Origin: an uncultured archaeon
GTDB taxonomy: Archaea; Asgardarchaeota; Thorarchaeia; Thorarchaeales; Thorarchaeaceae
DNA: 32,000 nucleotides
Assembly (NCBI GenBank): GCA_964354495.1
Contig: CAYHAA010000001.1
Location: 338,075-370,074 of the forward strand
Direction of reading: 5' to 3'
Every line of letters begins with the position of its first letter. The first letter of the stretch is position 1. The notes beneath the pieces are model-generated. The model was given only the letters and a program-made list of their open reading frames with translations. It did no database searches and was not told the origin of the DNA. The translations under genes were made by a program, and so were the position numbers. Shown here piece by piece: positions 18,707 through 25,983 of the stretch.

Positions 18707-19378
18707 TTGTTGAAGGCTTTGATTTTTGACATGGATGGTACAATAACTGAGCTATCTCTGCCGTTGGAGGCAATGAGACAGGATACTAAGACCTACTATG
18801 TCGAAAGAGGTTTTCCCGCACAATCACTGGAACCCGCGGATGGAATCTCGAGCTCTACTGCCAAAGCGAAGGAGTATTTCCTTTCTGCAGGTCTGTCGCA
18901 GGAGGAATGGGAACACATGGAGTTTGAAGTTGATGAAATGCTGAATAGACATGAAGGGTTTGCCGCCGTAGATGCAGCACTTATCGAAGGAGCTTTAGAA
19001 ATAGTACATAGGATAAGGGGCCTTGGTCTTCTTACAGCGATCTTCACGAATAATGGCAGACCGTCAGTCGATAAGATAATGCAGCATATCCCCCTTGCAG
19101 ATTACTTCGACATCATACAGACGAGGCATGAATCGCCTCAGCCAAAACCTTTTCCCGATGGACTATGGAAACTGGTATACGCCTTGGGTGTCCACCCTGA
19201 TGAGACAGCGTATGTTGGTGATGCTCTTATCGATGCCACAGCGGCGAAGAGAGCAGGAATCGAATTCTGGGGCGTAGCGACAGGTGAAACTCCCTCGTGG
19301 GTTCTCAAAGATGCAGGTGCTTCTGTTGTCTTTGAGTCACTTGATGGCATTCTTGGTGAAGTGATCTCAAGAAGATGA
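18707..19378 (+). CDS. HAD-superfamily hydrolase (phosphoglycolate-phosphatase-like)
   Basis: Motif I FDMDGT, motif II FTNN, motif III KPFP, motif IV VGDALID. TTG 18707 follows SD GGTGG (ORF track starts at 18683). Confidence 0.88.
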   Translation: MLKALIFDMDGTITELSLPLEAMRQDTKTYYVERGFPAQSLEPADGISSSTAKAKEYFLSAGLSQEEWEHMEFEVDEMLNRHEGFAAVDAALIEGALEIVHRIRGLGLLTAIFTNNGRPSVDKIMQHIPLADYFDIIQTRHESPQPKPFPDGLWKLVYALGVHPDETAYVGDALIDATAAKRAGIEFWGVATGETPSWVLKDAGASVVFESLDGILGEVISRR

Positions 19379-19574
19379 AGCCTGCTCCAGCTGATTGGCC
19401 ATTTGTTAAGTCCGTTGTATGATTAGTGACTTGAAGCGATTTTGACTTCTAGTAAGAGTATTCGCATTTTGGAGTCATTCATGGGCGATTCCATTTCGCG
19501 CGCCAATTGGGCGTGCAGCTTAATTCGAGAGCCTTTCTGGAGGGTCTGTTTTTCATATGTGGTCTAACTGAAGG

Positions 19575-19581
19575 TTATATA
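19575..19581 (+). promoter_or_regulatory. Putative TATA box
   Basis: AAGG-TTATATA upstream of the 19664 gene. Confidence 0.45.
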
Positions 19582-19663
19582 CGCTTTCGTGACTATCACT
19601 ACTGTGACAGGCACCATCACCATACTTGAAAATGCGGATAGCACGCCAGAGGTCAGGGACCAA

Positions 19664-20053
19664 ATGACTATAGATGAGGGAACATTCTTAGTACTACGCT
19701 CAGCTTCAGGCGCGTTTACATGCAGATATCCGCCCGTCCCTCGTCATTGGAACTCACTCGACAGGCCTCACGTTGCGCTACTGCTGCCTGACGCAAATGG
19801 TATCTTCACTGTCTTTCTCTCTCAGCCCGAAGAAAAAGAACCATTCAGCCCGCAGCGACTTCAGACTGTGGATCTCAATCGGCTTCCTGCAAAGTCAATT
19901 ATAGAGATACGACATAGTAACGCACATTATGCATATTATCGTCGAGATGATGGCTCATGGACGAAGGTGGCTGAGGCAAATGATCCCTTTGTCGTTGAAG
20001 TGTTCTCTCATGGTTATGCCCCTATTCTCATGAATATGATTCCATCCGTCTAA
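19664..20053 (+). CDS. Hypothetical beta-rich protein, 129 aa (alternative GTG start at 19589)
   Basis: SD-like GAGGTCA before ATG 19664; GTG 19589 lies too close to the TATA box; no recognised motif. Confidence 0.6.
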   Translation: MTIDEGTFLVLRSASGAFTCRYPPVPRHWNSLDRPHVALLLPDANGIFTVFLSQPEEKEPFSPQRLQTVDLNRLPAKSIIEIRHSNAHYAYYRRDDGSWTKVAEANDPFVVEVFSHGYAPILMNMIPSV

Positions 20054-20282
20054 AACGAATGCCTTTGTTAAGAATCATTGTCTGGGTAGTTCTAACCATA
20101 AAGGGGGAACATAATGCAATGTTCTTAGAGATGCATAGGACGCTTGAGAAAGAGGTTCGTATCGCTGTTCTCTTGAGAGGAGCCCTCATGAGCTCAAGAC
20201 GCAGTCGATAATAAGGCAGAAAGCTAGTAAAGATATCCACTATCTGACATTTGCTTAAATGTATTCCAGACTAGTAGAGCGT

Positions 20283-20360
20283 AGGGGCCCGGGGCCATTC
20301 TCTCTCAAAAATAGTTTCTCTCCTCTTTTCATGTTCTCTTCGGCCCCCCCTCTCTCTTTT
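20283..20360 (+). ncRNA. Candidate small noncoding RNA 1
   Basis: TTAAAT at 20255-20260; G-rich 5' arm (GGGGCC) complementary to GGCCCC at 20342-20347; CU-rich interior; ends in CTCTCTCTTTT. No credible ORF. Confidence 0.25.
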
Positions 20361-20538
20361 ATCGAATTCTGTTTCTCGAAAGAATCCAATCAAGGAACCT
20401 GATGAATCTTGATTCCTAAACTCGAACTCCTTGTTCACGAGTCACCAATGAGTGCTAGACTTCAAGTCCCTAAGGATCGTTGTTTTGGCTGGTACATTAC
20501 AGGAATACTTATATGATAATATACTGTAATATATCTTG

Positions 20539-20665
20539 GATAGGGGGTCCAACGCGACCTTCATGAGTCTGTTCAATCTCCTCTCTCTCCCTCCCAAATT
20601 TCCGACCCGAATGACGTACTTCGTTTCTTTCTCGGACCCCCTCCTTCCCTCCTCCCACCGTTTTT
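20539..20665 (+). ncRNA. Candidate small noncoding RNA 2
   Basis: TTATAT at 20509-20514; AGGGGGTCC (20542-20550) is the reverse complement of GGACCCCCT (20634-20642); CU-rich interior; ends in a C/T tract plus TTTTT. Confidence 0.25.
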
Positions 20666-20765
20666 GAAGAACGCTTCTTCATGATTTCGCTCTTTGTTTG
20701 GCTCCTAGTTTCTTGGTACGTTGCTTGTTAAGCCAGCAAGTTTTAAAGGAGTAGACTCTGGAGCC

Positions 20766-21287
20766 ATGCCAAGGCGAGCAAGTATGTCCACGGCAAAGAG
20801 TGCAATTGACAGTACTTTTCGACGGATACTGAAATACGCTGCTGAGATTATAATGTCAATCATCCTGCTTGTGATAATCTGCATACCCTTGGCATTCACG
20901 ATACCAGGATGGTTCCAGCATGTGCTTCTAGGTACTCCAAGAACTGAAATGACACTCAATCTAGTGAAATGGTTCGGCTATGATGGATCTCTCTGGGTGA
21001 CACTGCTGCTTGGACTGATTAGCTTCTCTCTCGGTTACTTATACATCTCAAGAATGAAGGCGGGCGTTATATCTGCTGCAGAAGAAGAGGTTGTGAAGGA
21101 AGCGCCCGAACTCTCTGAAGAAGAAGTTGAGATCACTGCGGCTGAAGATATGGAGGAGGAAAGTGCAGAGTTAGCAGCTGAAGATCAAGAAGATGACGAA
21201 GGCGGGGCAGAACCTGATCTTGAGGATATTGATGAAGCTATAGACGGATTAGCGGAGAATGACGAAGAGAGCGAGAAACACGACTAG
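20766..21287 (+). CDS. Membrane protein (2-3 TM) with a highly acidic C-terminal tail, 173 aa
   Basis: TTTTAAAG at 20741-20748 precedes ATG 20766; hydrophobic N-half; last 70 aa contain 34 D/E. Confidence 0.75.
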   Translation: MPRRASMSTAKSAIDSTFRRILKYAAEIIMSIILLVIICIPLAFTIPGWFQHVLLGTPRTEMTLNLVKWFGYDGSLWVTLLLGLISFSLGYLYISRMKAGVISAAEEEVVKEAPELSEEEVEITAAEDMEEESAELAAEDQEDDEGGAEPDLEDIDEAIDGLAENDEESEKHD

Positions 21288-21307
21288 CTTCTTCGTTTTT
21301 CATCATG

Positions 21308-22117
21308 CTACACGAGTTTCATTTTTGCTGCGAGCTTGTTCACGAGCACTGCAAATGCCTTCGACGCCTTTGAATCTGGGTCCTCCAGAACAAATGGGGT
21401 GCCATTGTCACTTAGAGTAATCACTCTAGGATCCAAGGGAAGGGTACCGAGATGTTCGATTCCATATTCCTTCGATGCTCTTCTGGCTGCACCCTCTCCA
21501 AAGATTTTGTAAGACTCGCCACACTTTGGGCAAATGAATTCTGCCATGTTCTCGACAATGCCAAGGATAGGTATGCCCATTTTCTCGACAAGTTGAATTG
21601 CTCTTCTAGCATCGAGTACTGCTACTTCCTGAGGCGTTACTACAATGACCACACCATCGATATCAGGTATTGATTGTAGGATGCTAAGTATCTCATCTCC
21701 AGTTCCTGGGGGAAGGTCTACAACAAGGACATCAAGGGCTCCCCAATTAACATTGGATAGGAACTGGCTGATTGCCTTGGCGACCAGAGGCCCTCGCCAC
21801 GCAACTGCATCATCATTCTTTCTCAAGAGGAAAGCCATACTCATGACCTTGACACCAAGTGGTCCGAGGATAGGATTGATGAAATCGCCCTCTGTAGTTG
21901 GATGTTTGCCTTCTAGGCCGAGCAGTTTTGGAATGTTTGGCCCATAGATGTCGACATCAAGAACTCCTGCTGCCTTTCCTTTGTTTGCAAATGAAACTGC
22001 AAGGTTAGCGGCGACTGTTGTCTTTCCGACTCCTCCTTTTCCGGACAATACGACAATCTTGTGCTTTATTCCCTTCATATTCTCTGCGACTTCTGGAAGT
22101 ACAGGTGATTTAGTCAT
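21308..22117 (-). CDS. mrp: Mrp/NBP35 (ApbC) family Fe-S cluster carrier ATPase
   Basis: SGKGGVGKT, DVDIYGPN, WRGP, DLPPGTGD, VENM and CPKC motifs. Confidence 0.93.
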   Translation of the reverse strand: MTKSPVLPEVAENMKGIKHKIVVLSGKGGVGKTTVAANLAVSFANKGKAAGVLDVDIYGPNIPKLLGLEGKHPTTEGDFINPILGPLGVKVMSMAFLLRKNDDAVAWRGPLVAKAISQFLSNVNWGALDVLVVDLPPGTGDEILSILQSIPDIDGVVIVVTPQEVAVLDARRAIQLVEKMGIPILGIVENMAEFICPKCGESYKIFGEGAARRASKEYGIEHLGTLPLDPRVITLSDNGTPFVLEDPDSKASKAFAVLVNKLAAKMKLV

Positions 22118-22174
22118 GACAATCGCATTGGTGCGCCTTGCGAGTTCTAAAAAGACTTTGCATACGTTTGAGAA

Positions 22175-22999
22175 TCAAGGGCCCTCTTGAAGACCCTTGA
22201 ATGCGTCTAGAATCAATCGAGCTAGCTCTTCATTCGAAGCAGCAACGAAATTCATCATAATTCCTTGTTGGAGAGGGCTGCAGAATCTCTCTCCCCCTTG
22301 ATCAAGTACAAATCCTCCTGCTTCGAATACCATATGTATTCCGCAGATATGGATAATTGGCAGCTTGTTCCTCATATCGACCATTCCATCAAGCAGGCCT
22401 CCGGCTGTCCAGCAGAGGTCGAGTAGGTTGCTTCCGGTTCTCCGAATGTCATGCGCTGCTCTCATTACTCTCATGGAGCTCTCAAGAAAATCAGAATCCC
22501 ATGCTTTCTTGGTATCATAGGATATGATGGCATCTGCCGGACTGACTGGAGCTGCTACGGTTAGTTTCTTTCCATTTCGAGTGACACCTTTGTTTCTTAT
22601 CGCAACATAGGTTTCGTTAGAAAACACTGATTCTATGACACTGATATCTACGTCATCCGAAGTCATTCTAGGATTGAAAGGAGCTATCGATATACCAATG
22701 GAAGCAAGTGGAATGCCTCTCCTCAGGTTTGCAGAACCATCAACAGGATCGACAAGGGCCAGATACTCCGGTCGTCTTCCCGCAGTCAGGAATCCTTTTT
22801 CTTCCGTCAGTATGGTAAACTCCACGCCCGAGCTTTGAAGGACTGAGATTATCTCGTCCTCTGCGCATAAGTCCAAGACAAGTGTCTGGTCACCATAGGG
22901 ATTGATTGTACCTGTGTACTCATTGGCACGATCCATATTCTCCAGGATGATCTTCTTTGCTGAGTCAGCGGCTGCTTTGATGGTTTTGAGCACGGTCAT
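22175..22999 (-). CDS. Archaeal inositol monophosphatase/FBPase-family protein
   Basis: GDQT...D..AE, TEE, LVDPVDGSANL, RRTGSNLLDL and EAGG motifs; the Asp of the WD motif is missing. Confidence 0.85.
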   Translation of the reverse strand: MTVLKTIKAAADSAKKIILENMDRANEYTGTINPYGDQTLVLDLCAEDEIISVLQSSGVEFTILTEEKGFLTAGRRPEYLALVDPVDGSANLRRGIPLASIGISIAPFNPRMTSDDVDISVIESVFSNETYVAIRNKGVTRNGKKLTVAAPVSPADAIISYDTKKAWDSDFLESSMRVMRAAHDIRRTGSNLLDLCWTAGGLLDGMVDMRNKLPIIHICGIHMVFEAGGFVLDQGGERFCSPLQQGIMMNFVAASNEELARLILDAFKGLQEGP

Positions 23000-23193
23000 A
23001 GTATCTCCTCGTAGGCATTGGCCTTCCTTCTCTATTTCACTTAAGCGGTCGGAGTGCCGACACGCACAATGCAGGAGTGTTAATGCGAATTCTCACTGTG
23101 TTAGCATTCCTGTGAAGGATTGAGTGGGTTAGACAATACCTTAAATGGTTGAGGGCACGAAATAAAAACGTAAGGCACGACACGGTGGTTCTC

Positions 23194-23859
23194 ATGGGTT
23201 TCTTGAGTGGTAAAAAGAAAGTCGATACAGAACGTGGAATCCTAGAGATGAAGGGTACAATGAATGCATTGACCCTCAGAGTCAGAAGACTAGAGACCAG
23301 AATGGCTGAAGAACAACAGTCTGCAAAGGAGGCCATGTCACGAGGCAACCGGTCCATTGCTCGGTCTCATCTCAGTATCGTTGTTGACCTGGAAAATAGG
23401 AAAGGCCGATATCAACAACAGTATCTTACGCTAGAAACAGCACTTCTCAACCTCGAAGAAGCAAAGACTCAGTCTGAGGTCCTTAGGGCGTTCAGTATTG
23501 CCAATGACGCCTTGACAGAGGCACGGACTCTCTTGAAACCTGAGGAAATCCAGGCGCAGCTCGATAGGCTCTCTGAATCTTTCGAACATATTTCCATAGC
23601 AGGTGAGCTGCTCTCGGAGGATCTCAGTGGAGCTGACTCCACTGTTGAAATGGAGGAGCGAGTTGACCGCGAACTTGATGCTATGGAAGCAGAGGTTCTT
23701 CTTGAGAAGGAGGGAGTTCTTCCGCCGCTCGAGGTCGAAGGAGGAAAAAGGCCCAAGGACGCGACCGCTGAAAAGGCAGGAGAAAAACGAATCGATGCCC
23801 TCCTTGCAGATCTAGAGAAAGAGGCTCGTGAAGAAAGAGAGCGAGAAGCTGAGGTATAG
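23194..23859 (+). CDS. ESCRT-III / Snf7-family protein (Vps20/32/60-like)
   Basis: MGFLSGKKK start after SD GGTGG; basic helical hairpin, AKEAMSRGNRSIARSHL (cf. A..al..G.k..A...L), LE..L..LE.A....EV..A, acidic C-half, LPPLEV and a terminal amphipathic helix. Confidence 0.8.
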   Translation: MGFLSGKKKVDTERGILEMKGTMNALTLRVRRLETRMAEEQQSAKEAMSRGNRSIARSHLSIVVDLENRKGRYQQQYLTLETALLNLEEAKTQSEVLRAFSIANDALTEARTLLKPEEIQAQLDRLSESFEHISIAGELLSEDLSGADSTVEMEERVDRELDAMEAEVLLEKEGVLPPLEVEGGKRPKDATAEKAGEKRIDALLADLEKEAREEREREAEV

Positions 23860-23903
23860 TCGAATCCTAGCCGTCTGAACTCATTCTACAGGTGCATACG
23901 AAG

Positions 23904-24551
23904 TTGAAGATAGAACTCGTTGTTTTTGATGTTGATGGGACGCTTACCCAGCATAGCAGTGTGTGGTGGAGACTTCACGAGCTCTTTGGCACCACCAAAG
24001 AGGGTCGGGTCTACTTCGACCAGTACTTTGCTGGAGATATCAGCTATCAACAATGGGCTGACTATGATGTTGCTCTTTGGAAAGGACAACCAGTCGACCG
24101 TGTGTTGAAAGTCGTACAGGATACGCGGCTCGTTGAGGGAGCCAAAGAGACCATTCAGATTCTACGAGACCACAACATCCATACAGCAATTCTATCTGGC
24201 GGACTTGACATAATGGCTAATGACATCGCGCGTAGGGTGGGAATTGAATTCGTCCTGACGAACAGGCTTGTCCATAAGAATGGTTACCTGACAGGTACTG
24301 TTGAGAATGTCATCGGATGGGCTGAGAAAGCAAGTCATATTCAAAAGGTTCTTGACCACTTTGGTGTCGAGCGTGAACAGACCGCCTTTGTTGGCGATGG
24401 TAGGAATGATATGAGTGTCTTTGCAGTGGTAGGCTTTTCGATTGCCTTCAATCCCGCAGATCAAGAGGTCGCAGACGCAGCAACAGTCGCTGTGAAGGAA
24501 CGCGATCTTCGAGCTATTCTCCCTCATATCATATCGGGGTACCAGCGATGA
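23904..24551 (+). CDS. Phosphoserine-phosphatase (SerB)-like HAD phosphatase
   Basis: FDVDGTL, ILSGG, EK, VGDGRND and IAFNP motifs; TTG 23904 after SD AGGTG (ORF track starts at 23892). Confidence 0.85.
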   Translation: MKIELVVFDVDGTLTQHSSVWWRLHELFGTTKEGRVYFDQYFAGDISYQQWADYDVALWKGQPVDRVLKVVQDTRLVEGAKETIQILRDHNIHTAILSGGLDIMANDIARRVGIEFVLTNRLVHKNGYLTGTVENVIGWAEKASHIQKVLDHFGVEREQTAFVGDGRNDMSVFAVVGFSIAFNPADQEVADAATVAVKERDLRAILPHIISGYQR

Positions 24552-24694
24552 GAAGCATGAACACATAGACCTGAAGGAGTATGATCATTGCCTGCTGGTT
24601 CGATGATTTATGGTTCCCCCATGAGCCTTCATTCAGGACCTTCGTTTCTCAAATCCATACCGGCTAATACTGATGGTGATTATCCTTACTGCTG

Positions 24695-25861
24695 TCATTC
24701 AAGATTTGTATATCGAGCTCCGCCTCCAGTATTGAGAAGAATGACATCTTCGTCGAAATCAATCGTACCCGCATCAATGAGATTCCTTAGTCCTACAACC
24801 CCGACTGCGCTTTCAGGACAGATATCCAATCCTTCTAGCCTCGCAACCAAGCGCTGAGTTGGTTCGATGTCATGTTCCGCTACTGCTACAGCTCCGCCGC
24901 CTGAGTTTCTTATCGCGTTGAGAATCTGCCTTCCAGCGAAAGGACTGGGCACACGAAGACCGAGTGCCATGGTCTTTCCGTTCACCCAGGGTTCTAGATT
25001 GTCTGTTCCCTTCTCTATTGCTCGCACAACAGGGGCACATCCACCACTTTGGGCAGCATATATTCTTGGACGTTCACTTCCTACAAGGCCCAGAGTTTCA
25101 AGCTCCTCAAATGCTTTCCAAATGCCGATGATTGCTGTTCCACCACCAGTAGGACAGATTATTGCGTCGGGGACTGACCAACCCATCTGCTCAGAGATTT
25201 CAAAACCAAGAGTCTTTTTACCTTCTACTCTATAGGGCTCCTTTGCTGTTGAAAGGTCTGTCCAATCACCGTTTCTTTTCCTCATTTCTTGTCCTGCGTC
25301 TGATATTGTACCACGCACTCGAACTGCTTCGGCACCGAACAGCTCACACTGTGCAAAGAAAGGTTCAGGAGTATCATCCGGCATGAAGATGTGCGCTGAC
25401 ACTCCAGCTGCTGCACTGTATGCACTTGCAGAAACACCGGCATTACCAGCTGATGGCAGTGCGAAACTCTTTGCCCCAAGCTCAAGACTCTTGGATATGG
25501 CTGTGCAGAGACCTCTATCCTTGAAGCTCCCTGTTGGGTTTTGGGCTTCGTCCTTGATTCTCAACATCCTGAGGCCCAAGTGCTTACCCAGCTGCCTTGA
25601 CAGCAGAAGTGGTGTCCATCCTTCGCCAAGACTAATGACGTAAGATGGGGACTTCACAGGGAGGAGCTGTGAATATCTCCACATCGAGTTAAGGTTTGAA
25701 GGGAACTCTCCGGAATCAATCTCCTCTTGGACGCTGCCCGTATCATATACTGCAAACAGGGGTGATCCACAGACGCAATATGTGCTGAGGTGATCAGCAG
25801 AGTGTTCTCTTCTGCATTGCGGGCATCTAAGGTGCGAAATATGAGAGATCAATGAGTTCAC
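24695..25861 (-). CDS. thrC: Threonine synthase (PLP-dependent)
   Basis: N-terminal CPQC...CVCG, SLGEGWTPL, PLP lysine in NPTGSFKDRG, SAGNAG, GKKT, PTGGG, CPESA, NTGGG. Confidence 0.85.
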   Translation of the reverse strand: MNSLISHISHLRCPQCRREHSADHLSTYCVCGSPLFAVYDTGSVQEEIDSGEFPSNLNSMWRYSQLLPVKSPSYVISLGEGWTPLLLSRQLGKHLGLRMLRIKDEAQNPTGSFKDRGLCTAISKSLELGAKSFALPSAGNAGVSASAYSAAAGVSAHIFMPDDTPEPFFAQCELFGAEAVRVRGTISDAGQEMRKRNGDWTDLSTAKEPYRVEGKKTLGFEISEQMGWSVPDAIICPTGGGTAIIGIWKAFEELETLGLVGSERPRIYAAQSGGCAPVVRAIEKGTDNLEPWVNGKTMALGLRVPSPFAGRQILNAIRNSGGGAVAVAEHDIEPTQRLVARLEGLDICPESAVGVVGLRNLIDAGTIDFDEDVILLNTGGGARYTNLE

Positions 25862-25983
25862 CTGAACTTAGACCATATGATACTCCGCGCAGTTGTACAT
25901 AAGCGTGTAGGATTGATTGAATGAACACCCTTATTTGTTGTATCGGCGTTCTTCTGTTCTGAGAGTATTCGGACGGGATACAT

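Noticed and set aside
20119-20211. 30-codon ORF MFLEMHRTLEKEVRIAVLLRGALMSSRRSR, and a 34-codon ORF at 20563
   Set aside because: Too short, no motif, weak start context; cannot be supported without conservation or ribosome profiling.
20250-20700. Replication origin (AT-rich patch plus G-strings)
   Set aside because: No repeated ORB-like TCCA..GGAAA elements and no cdc6/orc1 gene in the window; the promoter-stem-terminator layout fits transcripts better.
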